64,000 nucleotides of DNA from an uncultured Eubacterium sp. (GCA_945946665.1 CAMEWO010000010.1:1781-65780), one strand, 5' to 3'; positions 29,366-39,440 are shown, counted from the first letter of the stretch. Made by a program: numbers and translations. Notes: generated by a model from the letters alone, not told the origin.

Positions 29366-30232
29366 ATGGAATGTATGGCAGAAAATATAAAAAAGGAAAT
29401 AATTCATGCAAATGGATTTGACATTCGTATTTTCACAACTGATTTTGAAAATGAATATTTATCACTTACCGATATAGCAAAATATAAAAGCAATGATCCT
29501 AATGATGTTATTAAGAATTGGATGAGAGGTCGAGAGACATTGGAGTTTCTTGGATTATGGGAAAAGTTACATAATTCTGATTTTAAACCCGTCGAATTCG
29601 ACGGGTTTAAAAGTGAAGCAGGACTTCATGCTTTTACTATGTCGCCTACTAAATGGATTGAGGGAGTAAATGCTATTGGTATAGTATCAAAAGCTGGAAG
29701 ATATGGTGGTACTTATGCACATTCGGATATTGCATTAGAGTTTGCTTCATGGGTATCGGCAGAGTTTAAGCTGTATATTATGAAAGACTACCAACGGTTA
29801 AAAAAGGATGAAAACAGTAGATTATCTTTAAATTGGAATCTTAATCGCGAGATTGCAAAGTTGAATTATAAAATACATACGGATGCAATAAAAGAAAATC
29901 TAATTCCGCCAGAGCTGACAATGGAGCAGATTTCATATAAGTATGCGAATGAAGCAGATTTGCTAAATGTTGCTTTGTTTGGCGAAACAGCAAAACAATG
30001 GCGCGAAAAGAATCCTGAGATTAAAGGCAATATTCGAGATGAAGCAAATTTGAATCAATTATTGGTTCTTGCAAATATGGAAAGCTATAATTCGATTTTG
30101 ATTGAACAAGGGAAATTGATGTCTGAACGTTTGGTGCTGCTAAGAAATCTGGCAGTGAAGCAGATGAGTACATTATCCTCCGCATGTTTGGAGGATATAA
30201 AGAGATTACCAGGAGGGGATAAAATTGACTAA
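29366..30232 (+). CDS. KilA-N domain DNA-binding protein
   Basis: YLSLTDIAK, IKNWMR, LGLWEKLHN, GRYGGTYAHSDIALEFASWVS. Confidence 0.9.
   Translation: MECMAENIKKEIIHANGFDIRIFTTDFENEYLSLTDIAKYKSNDPNDVIKNWMRGRETLEFLGLWEKLHNSDFKPVEFDGFKSEAGLHAFTMSPTKWIEGVNAIGIVSKAGRYGGTYAHSDIALEFASWVSAEFKLYIMKDYQRLKKDENSRLSLNWNLNREIAKLNYKIHTDAIKENLIPPELTMEQISYKYANEADLLNVALFGETAKQWREKNPEIKGNIRDEANLNQLLVLANMESYNSILIEQGKLMSERLVLLRNLAVKQMSTLSSACLEDIKRLPGGDKID
29581..29612. repeat. Perfect 32-bp palindrome inside the KilA-N CDS
   Basis: ttttaaacccgtcgaa|ttcgacgggtttaaaa, encodes FKPVEFDGFK. Confidence 0.95.
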
Positions 30233-31922
30233 AAAGCGAAAGTGTTACATATATACACGTGTATCAACGGCTATGCAGGTTGATGGATATAGTTTGGATG
30301 CACAAAAGGAAAAATTAAAAAAGTATGCAGCATATGAAGAAATGCAAATTGTTGGAGAGTATTCAGATGAAGGTCATTCAGGAAAGAATATAGCTGGAAG
30401 ACCAGAATTTGTAAGAATGTTAGAAGATATTGAGGATGGCAAGGACGAGGTTACTTTCGTCCTTGTTTTCAAATTATCGAGATTTGGACGTAATGCTGCA
30501 GATGTATTAAATTCTTTACAGCTAATGCAGGATTATGGAGTGAACCTTATTTGTGTTGAGGATGGGATTGACAGCTCAAAGGAATCTGGGAAGCTCATGA
30601 TTTCCATTCTTTCTGCTGTAGCGGAACTTGAACGTGAGAATATTCTTGTTCAAACAATGGAAGGACGTAAGCAGAAAGCTAGAGAAGGAAAATGGAATGG
30701 AGGTTTTGCTCCATATGGCTATAAGCTTGAAGATGGAGAACTTATTATAGCAGAGGATGAAGCAGAGACTATAAGAGTTATATTTGATAAATACATTCAT
30801 ACAAATCTAGGAGCTAATGGAATTGCAGAGTATTTGAATACGCATGGTTACAAAAAGAAAAAGCGTCAAAATAATACATTAGATGCATTCGCACCATCAT
30901 TTATAAAAGGCGTTCTTGATAATCCAATTTATATGGGGAAGATGCCTTATGGAAGACGCGCGACAGAGAAAATTCCAGGAACAAGAAATGAATTCCATGT
31001 AGTAAAGCAGGATGAATATTCGCTTTATGAAGGAGCTCATGATGCCATCATTTCAGAAGAAGATTTTGCGTTGGCAAAACAGAAGCGCGTTGATACTGGA
31101 GTTAGATTAAAAAAAACACATAGCCTGGATCACGAACATATTTTATCAGGAATTTTAAAATGCCCGGTGTGTGGTGGCGCAATGTATGCAAACGTGAATC
31201 GAAAGAAGAAAAAAGATGGCACGTATTATAGAGATTTTTTCTATTATGCTTGTAAGCATAGAATAAGAATTGATGGACACAGTTGCGATTATCATAAGCA
31301 GTGGGGGCAGGATAAAGTAAATGCTGCAGTAGAAGAAGTGATTAGAAAAATGGTTAATAATCCAAAATTTCAGACTGCACTTAAGCAAAAAATAGGTTCT
31401 AAAATAGATACATCTGAATTGGATAAGGAAAAAGTTGTCTTAAATAAGCAATTACAGCAGGCTATAGGTGCAAAGAACAAAATTGCTGAGCAGATGGACA
31501 GACTTGATATTACAGATAAACATTATGACCGAAAATATGAGGATATGCAGAATCGATTGGATAAGCAGTATGATGAGATTTCATCATTAGAGGAAAAGAT
31601 TGAATCAGTAAGTTTGCGAATTGATAACCTCCATAAAAACAAATTATCTGGGGAAGCAGTCTATCAAATATTGTTACAGTTTGATAAAATGTATTCAGAG
31701 TTTACAGATTTAGAAAAGAAACGATTTCTTAAATCATTTGTGAAGGATGTATTTGTCCATGAGCAGGAACTCCCGGATGGAAGATTTTTAAAGGGAATCA
31801 AATTCAGGTTCCCAATCTTTTATAATGGAGTTGAAACAGATCAACTTGATTTTGAAAGTTGTTGGGACAAAGAAACGAATGACGAGACGGTTTGTTTGCT
31901 ATCGCGTAAAGCCCAAGTTTAA
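30225..31922 (+). CDS. Large serine recombinase (integrase); last residues ETVCLLSRKAQV are rlmD-like
   Basis: YIYTRVST, YSDEGHSG, SRFGRN, CPVCGG zinc ribbon, coiled coil. Confidence 0.95.
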   Translation: MTKKRKCYIYTRVSTAMQVDGYSLDAQKEKLKKYAAYEEMQIVGEYSDEGHSGKNIAGRPEFVRMLEDIEDGKDEVTFVLVFKLSRFGRNAADVLNSLQLMQDYGVNLICVEDGIDSSKESGKLMISILSAVAELERENILVQTMEGRKQKAREGKWNGGFAPYGYKLEDGELIIAEDEAETIRVIFDKYIHTNLGANGIAEYLNTHGYKKKKRQNNTLDAFAPSFIKGVLDNPIYMGKMPYGRRATEKIPGTRNEFHVVKQDEYSLYEGAHDAIISEEDFALAKQKRVDTGVRLKKTHSLDHEHILSGILKCPVCGGAMYANVNRKKKKDGTYYRDFFYYACKHRIRIDGHSCDYHKQWGQDKVNAAVEEVIRKMVNNPKFQTALKQKIGSKIDTSELDKEKVVLNKQLQQAIGAKNKIAEQMDRLDITDKHYDRKYEDMQNRLDKQYDEISSLEEKIESVSLRIDNLHKNKLSGEAVYQILLQFDKMYSEFTDLEKKRFLKSFVKDVFVHEQELPDGRFLKGIKFRFPIFYNGVETDQLDFESCWDKETNDETVCLLSRKAQV

Positions 31923-31940
31923 GCGGGGCTCAGGGCTTTT

Positions 31941-32129
31941 TTGATAAATACAAGAGGTACGCAGGAACTGCATAGCAATAGTACAACATTTGGTGTAAAA
32001 GAAAATATGTATTGGATACCAATTAATGAATTGGACAATTACAAGGCATTTCCTACTTTCATGAAAGATTATTTATGCCGAGAGCATGTTGGAATTGAGC
32101 ATATTGTAACGGATGAAAGGACTAGGTGA
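31941..32129 (+). pseudogene. C-terminal remnant of a NUDIX-like hydrolase
   Basis: RGTQEL..MYWIPINEL..KAFPTFMKDYL..GIEHIVTDER resembles a NUDIX C-terminal half; no N-terminus or RBS. Confidence 0.45.
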
Positions 32130-33208
32130 TATTCTTGGATAAATATTGGAAATTAGAACTAAATGAATATATTCGCCAAGGCGAGCCAGATAAAATTGAA
32201 AAAAGTAATGCATGGAAAACCGCTATTGGTCTTCAGGATGTAGACGGACTTAAACCTTCTGCGTACTTGATTGAAACTGCGAAAAATCATATTGAGGGTA
32301 ATATTAGCATAACGGAAGCAGATAAGCGTATTCATAGCTATTATGAAGAACGAAAAGACAGAAATGAAATGGAAGAAGATACTAAGGAAGCAGATATAGT
32401 TTCTGTAAGAATTGTAAAATTACTCGGAGAGAAGACATTTCAGTTTTCACCGGTAGAATGGCAGAATATTCATCGTAGATTATTTGAAGGTCTGTTTAGT
32501 CATGCCGAAAAAATTCGTGATTACAATATCACGAAAAAAGAGTGGATACTTAAAGGTGATGCAGTAATGTATGCATCATTGAATAATATTCGTGCCACGC
32601 TTGACTATGATTTTTCACAGGAGAAGAACTTCTCCTACGAAGGATTGACCATAGATGAATCTGTTCGTCACATTGCAAAGTTCACTTCTGGAATATGGCA
32701 GATTCATCCCTTTGGAGAAGGAAATACCAGATCGACTGCGGTATTTATCATTAAGTACTTGAAGACCTTTGGATTTGCTGTAAGTAATGAAACTTTTGCA
32801 GAAAACTCATGGTATTTTAGAAATGCATTAGTAAGAGCTAATTATAATGATTTGCAAAATGGCGTGTATGCTACTACTGAGTTCTTGGAATTGTTTTTTG
32901 AAAATCTTTTGATGAATGCGGGGCATGAATTAAAAAATAGATATATGCATGTAGATTTTGACAAACAAAGTGCAAATCAAAGTGCAGATAGTAATGATTC
33001 AAAGTGCAAAATTTGCACTTTGGAGGAATTGGCTATTATTCAGGAGTTAAAAAGGAATCCTGCAATTACTCAAAGAGAATTAGCAAAAGCTAGTGGTAAA
33101 TCGGAGAGAACAGTAAAAACGAGAACCGTTGAAATGCAAGAAAAAGGTTTGATAATTCGTGAAAATGGCAAACGAAATGGCAAGTGGAAGCTGTTGGTTG
33201 AAATTTGA
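32126..33208 (+). CDS. Fic-domain protein with VbhA-like N-terminus and C-terminal HTH
   Basis: AIGLQDVDGL, HPFGEGNTRST Fic motif, NPAITQRELAKASG HTH. Confidence 0.88.
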   Translation: MIFLDKYWKLELNEYIRQGEPDKIEKSNAWKTAIGLQDVDGLKPSAYLIETAKNHIEGNISITEADKRIHSYYEERKDRNEMEEDTKEADIVSVRIVKLLGEKTFQFSPVEWQNIHRRLFEGLFSHAEKIRDYNITKKEWILKGDAVMYASLNNIRATLDYDFSQEKNFSYEGLTIDESVRHIAKFTSGIWQIHPFGEGNTRSTAVFIIKYLKTFGFAVSNETFAENSWYFRNALVRANYNDLQNGVYATTEFLELFFENLLMNAGHELKNRYMHVDFDKQSANQSADSNDSKCKICTLEELAIIQELKRNPAITQRELAKASGKSERTVKTRTVEMQEKGLIIRENGKRNGKWKLLVEI

Positions 33209-33248
33209 TATAGAACAAATAAACACCAGAGGAAAAGGAGAACATAAG

Positions 33249-34400
33249 ATGAATAAACGTTTAGAAAAAACCGGATATATTGCTTTTTTCTTAAGTGGAA
33301 TTTGCGCGATTTCCAGTGGTATTATTGTAAGTGTTTTGCAGCAAAAGTATGGTTTTTCTTATGGTATGACAGGAACCCTTTTATCCTTTATGAGCATTGG
33401 AAATATGGTGGCTTCCTTTCTTTCCGGAATTCTTCCAACAAGAATTGGAACGAAGAAAACGGTTGGTATTTTATGCAGTGGTTACTTCCTGGGATATATT
33501 TTAATGGCGTTTATAGGAATTAATGGAGCGTTAGTTGCGGGATTTCTCATGGTTGGTCTTGCTAAGGGCTGCGCTATTAATAATTGTACGGTGTTGGTGG
33601 GAAATAACAGTAAAGACCGTACGATTGGAATGAATTTGATGCATGCTGCTTATGCAATGGGGGCGATGGTTTGTCCTTTTTTGATTAGTGCCCTGATTAT
33701 TGGGGATGGAACATTTGCTATTATTGGAGTTGCTGTTATAGGATTACTTATGTGGCTTGTTTTCTTTTGTGCGAAACTTCCTGGGAAAAATGTACAGGAG
33801 GGAAAGTCAAGGGGAAAAGCAGATTTTAGCTTTATGAAAAATACAAAGTTCTGGTTATTGACGGCGTTAGTGTTTTGTCAGAATGCAGCAGAAACCGGTG
33901 TAACAGGATGGCTTGTAACCTATTACAAGAATCAGGGGATTCTTAGTGGTACGCTTAGTGCATACACAGTTACGATTATGTGGGGTGCTACGCTGCTTTG
34001 CCGTTTATTGATTGCCTTTGTATTTCCAATCAGGAATACCTTTAAGGCTTTGATGACGATGGGAATTGGTTGCAGTGCATTTTATGTTTTGTTAATCGTC
34101 AGCCATCAACCGGTGGCAGCAGTGCTTATGCTTTTCTGTTTTGCGTTTTCAATGGCCGGAGTGAATCCAGTGGCGGTTGCCGGAGTTGGTAAAATGATGA
34201 ATGCTACAAGCATGGGGGTATTACTTCCGATTGCCAGTATTGGTGCAATCCTTGCACCATGGATGATTGGTGTTGTGGCACAGTATCTTGGATTACAGGC
34301 AGGTATGATGGTTAATCTTATCCCTTGTATTGGAATTTTTGTACTGAGTTTTATATTACTTGGGCAGACAAAAAACAGCACAGGTGTATCACAGAAGTGA
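33249..34400 (+). CDS. MFS transporter
   Basis: About 12 hydrophobic helices; RBS-supported start at 33249. Confidence 0.85.
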   Translation: MNKRLEKTGYIAFFLSGICAISSGIIVSVLQQKYGFSYGMTGTLLSFMSIGNMVASFLSGILPTRIGTKKTVGILCSGYFLGYILMAFIGINGALVAGFLMVGLAKGCAINNCTVLVGNNSKDRTIGMNLMHAAYAMGAMVCPFLISALIIGDGTFAIIGVAVIGLLMWLVFFCAKLPGKNVQEGKSRGKADFSFMKNTKFWLLTALVFCQNAAETGVTGWLVTYYKNQGILSGTLSAYTVTIMWGATLLCRLLIAFVFPIRNTFKALMTMGIGCSAFYVLLIVSHQPVAAVLMLFCFAFSMAGVNPVAVAGVGKMMNATSMGVLLPIASIGAILAPWMIGVVAQYLGLQAGMMVNLIPCIGIFVLSFILLGQTKNSTGVSQK

Positions 34401-34432
34401 TATCAGGGTGATTTGAGAAAGAAGGTAATCAT

Positions 34433-35293
34433 ATGTGGTTTGGTTTTGCAGTAGGTTCTGCTTTCTTTGCAGGAATTACTTCAATTCTGGCAAAATGTGG
34501 AATTAAAAGAACAGATTCGGATGTAGCAACAGCAATCAGGACGATTGTTGTACTTATCTTTGCGTGGATTATGGTTGTGGTGACAGGAACGGGCAGTGCC
34601 ATTACCAGTATCAGTGCCAGAACAATGACATTTCTTATATTATCAGGAATTGCTACTGGTGCATCCTGGCTGTGCTATTTTAAGGCGTTGCAGCTTGGTG
34701 ATGTGAATAAGGTTGTTCCTATTGATAAATCCAGCACTGTTCTTACCATTCTTCTGGCATTTATTATTCTGGGAGAGAACATTTCTGTATGGAAACTGAT
34801 TGGTATTATTGGTATCGGAGCAGGTACCTTTCTGATGATTCAGAGGAAGGACAGTGCAGGAGAAAAAAAGACTGAAAAGGGATGGCTTATATATGCTGTT
34901 TTGTCTGCTGTATTTGCCAGTCTTACATCTATTCTGGGTAAAATAGGTATATCTGGGGTGGATTCCAATCTGGGAACAGCAATTAGAACTGTTGTGGTGC
35001 TTTTTATGGCATGGATTGTTGTGTTTGTGAAGGGAAAGCAGTGTGAAGTAAAGAAAGTCGAGAAGAAAGAACTGGTATTTATTGTTTTATCCGGAATTGC
35101 TACGGGAAGTTCATGGCTCTGTTATTACAGGGCTTTGCAGACAGGACCGGCAAGCGTGATTGTACCTATTGATAAACTGAGCATATTAATTTCCATCGCT
35201 TTTTCTTACGTGGTATTTAAAGAAAAACTTTCTAAGAAGGCATTTGCTGGATTAGTTCTAATTGTGGCAGGTACACTGGTAATGCTGTTATAA
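34433..35293 (+). CDS. EamA/DMT family transporter
   Basis: Duplicated EamA halves (SILAKCG/SILGKIG, WLCYF/Y.ALQ.G, VVPIDK). Confidence 0.9.
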   Translation: MWFGFAVGSAFFAGITSILAKCGIKRTDSDVATAIRTIVVLIFAWIMVVVTGTGSAITSISARTMTFLILSGIATGASWLCYFKALQLGDVNKVVPIDKSSTVLTILLAFIILGENISVWKLIGIIGIGAGTFLMIQRKDSAGEKKTEKGWLIYAVLSAVFASLTSILGKIGISGVDSNLGTAIRTVVVLFMAWIVVFVKGKQCEVKKVEKKELVFIVLSGIATGSSWLCYYRALQTGPASVIVPIDKLSILISIAFSYVVFKEKLSKKAFAGLVLIVAGTLVMLL

Positions 35294-35297
35294 GTGC

Positions 35298-35326
35298 GTG
35301 ACAAATCCGAAAATTTATTTTATAAT
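35298..35326 (+). promoter_or_regulatory. Sigma-A promoter for rubrerythrin
   Basis: GTGACA-17-TATAAT. Confidence 0.6.
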
Positions 35327-35395
35327 TATGGCATGTAGTAAGTATATATACTAAAGAGTGCAGCAAAAATTAATTCAGGAAAAGGAGATAACGTC

Positions 35396-35935
35396 ATGAA
35401 AACAAAATATGCAGGAACACAGACAGAGAAGAACCTTGAGGCAGCGTTTGCAGGAGAATCACAGGCAAGAAATAAGTATACGTATTTTGCGTCAGTAGCT
35501 AAGAAGGAAGGCTATGAGCAGATGTCAGCTCTTTTCTTAAAGACAGCAGATAACGAGAAAGAGCATGCAAAGATGTGGTTTAAGGAGCTTAACGGAATAG
35601 GAGATACACCTGCTAACCTTGCCGCTGCAGCTGATGGCGAGAATTATGAGTGGACAGATATGTATGAGGGATTTGCAAAGACCGCAGAAGAAGAAGGATT
35701 CCCAGAGCTGGCTGCAAAATTCAGGGCAGTAGGTGAAATCGAAAAGCACCACGAAGAGAGATATCGTGCACTTCTTAAGAATATTGAGACAGCACAGGTA
35801 TTTGAGAAGAGTGAAGTAAAGGTATGGGAGTGCCGCAACTGTGGTCACATTGTTGTCGGAACTAAGGCACCTGATGTATGCCCAGTATGTAACCATCCAC
35901 AGAGCTATTTTGAAGTTCACCAGGAAAACTACTAA
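35396..35935 (+). CDS. rbr: Rubrerythrin
   Basis: [31 protein letters not shown]. Confidence 0.95.
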   Translation: MKTKYAGTQTEKNLEAAFAGESQARNKYTYFASVAKKEGYEQMSALFLKTADNEKEHAKMWFKELNGIGDTPANLAAAADGENYEWTDMYEGFAKTAEEEGFPELAAKFRAVGEIEKHHEERYRALLKNIETAQVFEKSEVKVWECRNCGHIVVGTKAPDVCPVCNHPQSYFEVHQENY

Positions 35936-35958
35936 TTATGTAATACTATTATAACTTT

Positions 35959-35998
35959 AAAGAGCTGTTGCACTGCCTTAGTGTAACAGTTCTTTTTT
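35959..35998 (+). terminator. Intrinsic terminator after rbr
   Basis: aagagctgttgcact-gcctt-agtgtaacagttctt followed by T-tract. Confidence 0.75.
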
Positions 35999-36005
35999 CA
36001 TCAAA

Positions 36006-36034
36006 ATGACAAATTCCACCATTCATGGTACAAT
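36006..36034 (+). promoter_or_regulatory. Sigma-A promoter for the two-component operon
   Basis: ATGACA-17-TACAAT with extended -10 TG. Confidence 0.55.
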
Positions 36035-36057
36035 GAATTTAGAAATGGGGGATTATT

Positions 36058-37650
36058 ATGGATTTATTAAAGCTCGTGATTGTTGATGATGAATCAATCC
36101 TGCTTCAGGGATTACTTGAGACTTATGACTGGAATGATATGGGGTTTGAGGTTGTAGGTTCTGCCATGAGTGGTGAGCAGGCAATACAGGTTATTGAAGA
36201 TAAGAGACCTGATGTGGTCCTTTCAGACATCAGGATGAAGAAAATAAGCGGTCTTCAGGTGATAGAGGAGATTCATAAGAAGGGAATCGACTGCATATTC
36301 ATTATGCTGACTGCCTATAAGGATTTTGAGTATGCAAGGGAAGCCTGTAATCTTGGCGCATATGCGTATCTTCTTAAACCAATTGATGATGATATGCTGA
36401 AAGAGACTATGACAGGTGCATATGAACAGCGGATGAAGCAGATACGTGAAAATCAGAAGTATGAAAGAATGGAAAATCTTCTTTCAGAGGAATCGGATAA
36501 TTATCTTCAGGTAATGATTCAGAAATACGTGGATGATGAAATATCAGAAAAGCGTATGACGGAGATTATGGAGTCATTGGGGATTACACCTGGGGAAAGA
36601 GACAGGTTTGTTACAGTATGTACTGATATCGACCTTGTATATAAGATTACTGATGACTTCGACCCAAGAAAATCCCGGGAGATACTTATGTCCGAAATTG
36701 ACAATATATTATTAAACCGTTTTCAATACTGGAAATTTGAAGATGAGGATGGAAGTATTATATTCCTTGTATTTTCTGATAACCATGATGCAGACAAAGA
36801 ACTGGGAAAGATAATGGATACTGTAAAGGACAATGTGAAATGGCCCCTTATATACGCAGTTTCCAGACCATTCAGGAGCATTAATGGCATTAAGAAAAGT
36901 TATGAAGAGGCAAAACAGGATTTTTCGGTTGCATGTACAAAGAATAACAGAATTTTCTCTATTCCAGGAATCTCAGACGATAATCCAATGAAAAATGAGA
37001 TGTCGGATGCCATAATGTCAGTTGTTAATATAGTAAGAAAGAATAATAAAGAAGATTTGAAAGAGGCATTTATATCATTTATCTATAAGCTTCCAAAGGA
37101 TGAAAACAGGCAGAGTGATTACATTCACAGACTTATGATATGTGCCTATGACATGCTGATTGAATCCTATGGAATGACGGAAGAACTTCAGGACAAATTT
37201 ACCAAATACTACAGGAATATGGCTAACCTGAGTCCATCCCGTGCGGTTGATGTGTGCTTTAAGATATTATCTGATGCAATTAATATCCGCAGTGATATGG
37301 CAGCACAGGGAGACAACAGATGCTTTGAGGAATATCTGTCAGAAGCTCTGGCATACATAGAGGAAAATCTTGATGATGAGACGTTGTCAATCGTGTCAGT
37401 TGCATCACATGTATATCTTAATCCCGTTTATTTCGGAAGGGTATTTAAGAGTAAGCTCAATATGACATTTAAACAATATCTGCTAAAACAGCGCATGGAG
37501 AAAGCCAAGAGGCTTCTTGAAACAGGAACGGTTAATGTAAGTTCTATATGTGAACAGGTAGGAATTAATAATCCATCGTATTTTACACATCTTTTTAAGC
37601 AGTATGCAGGAAAACTTCCAAGTGAATATAAGAAGGAATACGAGTCATGA
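36058..37650 (+). CDS. YesN-like response regulator (REC plus AraC)
   Basis: VIVDDE, SDIRM, YLLKP; C-terminal LNPVYFGRVFK and NPSYFTHLFK. Confidence 0.92.
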   Translation: MDLLKLVIVDDESILLQGLLETYDWNDMGFEVVGSAMSGEQAIQVIEDKRPDVVLSDIRMKKISGLQVIEEIHKKGIDCIFIMLTAYKDFEYAREACNLGAYAYLLKPIDDDMLKETMTGAYEQRMKQIRENQKYERMENLLSEESDNYLQVMIQKYVDDEISEKRMTEIMESLGITPGERDRFVTVCTDIDLVYKITDDFDPRKSREILMSEIDNILLNRFQYWKFEDEDGSIIFLVFSDNHDADKELGKIMDTVKDNVKWPLIYAVSRPFRSINGIKKSYEEAKQDFSVACTKNNRIFSIPGISDDNPMKNEMSDAIMSVVNIVRKNNKEDLKEAFISFIYKLPKDENRQSDYIHRLMICAYDMLIESYGMTEELQDKFTKYYRNMANLSPSRAVDVCFKILSDAINIRSDMAAQGDNRCFEEYLSEALAYIEENLDDETLSIVSVASHVYLNPVYFGRVFKSKLNMTFKQYLLKQRMEKAKRLLETGTVNVSSICEQVGINNPSYFTHLFKQYAGKLPSEYKKEYES

Positions 37651-39440
37651 CAGGTAAGAAAAAGATATGGGGAATCCAGAAGAAAATATTAACATATACA
37701 GCATTACTGCTTCTGCTGGCACTTTTTCTGTCCTGCGTGGGAGTGGCGGGATATTCACAGCGTAAGCTGGAAGCTGTCACTACTGATAAATATAATTTTC
37801 TCTGTGAGAAATCAGGGCTTTCCCTGCAGGCTTTATATGAAAGAACAGATAAAGTCACGGAGAACTGTATTAAATATGAGGATGTCCAGAAAAGTCTAGG
37901 GGCTGACCATATGAATGGAGCACAAAAAAGTGCATTGAGTAAGTATTTTTCATATATAGACCTGAATAACGTGTCAGAATACTGTTACGTAGATAATAAG
38001 AAAAATCTGTATACCAAGCCATATTGTAAGATTTCTTATCACGATTTCAGGAAAAGCGGAATTGAAGATTTTCTTGGTGATGATTATGCTGTGACCAAAT
38101 GGTTCTTTACCGAAGACACTTTATTTGGAACTGGGGAGATGTCGTTATTTGTTGGCAGGTATGTTCACAATATGGATTTTGCCCATGAGCCCGGAGTACT
38201 AATACTTAAGATGGATGAGGATTTCTTTGCTGGACTGACTGGTGACGAGCTGGTGCAGTCTGGGGATGTGACAATGGGAATTGTTAACTCAGAGGGCAAG
38301 ATATGTTTTACAAATAGCAACAGAGAGGTGAATTTATCAGATTACAACATGAATATACTGGCTGATTTCTCAGAGTATGAAGGTACAGGCATGATAGCAA
38401 GAGGTCTTAGAGTGAAGGGTGGTATGCTTTCGGCTTTCAGGCATCAGGACAGTGGTATGACGCTGTTTGTGTATGTGCCTGTGAAGGTGCTACACGCTGG
38501 AACGGGAAAGATTCTATTAGTAATTATTGGAATCTATCTTGTGGTATTTGCTGCGGCAGTTCTTTTAAGTCTGTACGCTTCTGACAGGATAGCCAAGCCA
38601 ATTAAGACTTTAAGCAGGGCAATGTCTGAATTTAATGGTGAAGATTATACCAGAATCCAGGAGTTGAATACCAATACAGAGCTGGATGGAATCGGACGTT
38701 CATACAATAAAATGCTTGGCAATATTGAACAGCTTGTCCAGGAGGTTAAGGACAACCAGAAGGAGCTTAGAACTGTGGAAGTTAATATGCTTATAAGCCA
38801 GATTAATCCACATTTTCTGTATAATACACTGGATACAATATATATGCTGGCACGCATTAATAAGGATGAGACGACAATGCGGATGATACAGGCACTTTCA
38901 CGGTACCTGCGTCTGTCATTAAGCAAAGGAGAAGACATTGTTACAGTTGAGGATGAAATTGAAAATGTAAAGAATTACATGGAAATACAGCAGATAAGGA
39001 ATGAGAATCTGTTTTCATATGACATAGCCTGTGAGGTGGATGCCAAGAATGAACGGGTGCTTAAGCTTATCCTGCAGCCTCTTGTTGAAAATGCAATAAA
39101 ATATGGCTTCTGTGATATATACGAAGGAGGCATTATCCGCATTACAGTAACTAAAGAGGATAATATGCTGGTATTAACAGTGTTCAACAACGGTGAGCCT
39201 ATTAATGAGGAAAGCTGTAACAGGATTAACAGCCTGGCTGGTTTACCGTTGAATCAGATGAAGGAGACGTTCCAGAATAATAAGAACGGATATGGCATTG
39301 TAAATATAATTACCAGACTGAGATTAATGTATGATGATAAAATAGTATTTCAGGTAAAATCAGAGCAGGATGGAACCATGTTCACAGTGAAGGTTCCTGA
39401 AAGGCCTGATGAACAGCAGGACAAGCCGAAGAATTCTTAA
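37647..39440 (+). CDS. YesM/LytS-like sensor histidine kinase
   Basis: Two TM segments, HAMP, SQINPHFLYNTL, LQPLVENAIKYG. Confidence 0.92.
   Translation: MTGKKKIWGIQKKILTYTALLLLLALFLSCVGVAGYSQRKLEAVTTDKYNFLCEKSGLSLQALYERTDKVTENCIKYEDVQKSLGADHMNGAQKSALSKYFSYIDLNNVSEYCYVDNKKNLYTKPYCKISYHDFRKSGIEDFLGDDYAVTKWFFTEDTLFGTGEMSLFVGRYVHNMDFAHEPGVLILKMDEDFFAGLTGDELVQSGDVTMGIVNSEGKICFTNSNREVNLSDYNMNILADFSEYEGTGMIARGLRVKGGMLSAFRHQDSGMTLFVYVPVKVLHAGTGKILLVIIGIYLVVFAAAVLLSLYASDRIAKPIKTLSRAMSEFNGEDYTRIQELNTNTELDGIGRSYNKMLGNIEQLVQEVKDNQKELRTVEVNMLISQINPHFLYNTLDTIYMLARINKDETTMRMIQALSRYLRLSLSKGEDIVTVEDEIENVKNYMEIQQIRNENLFSYDIACEVDAKNERVLKLILQPLVENAIKYGFCDIYEGGIIRITVTKEDNMLVLTVFNNGEPINEESCNRINSLAGLPLNQMKETFQNNKNGYGIVNIITRLRLMYDDKIVFQVKSEQDGTMFTVKVPERPDEQQDKPKNS

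Larger units (their letters stand above)
21901..31887 (+). mobile_element. Integrative mobilizable element (serine recombinase/MobV type) inserted in the rlmD 3' end
   Basis: attL cat gtg GAGA gtgttg (21901-21904) and attR aat gac GAGA cggttt (31884-31887); encodes MobV, Rep-like, DnaC-like and recombinase; AT-richer than host. Confidence 0.85.
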
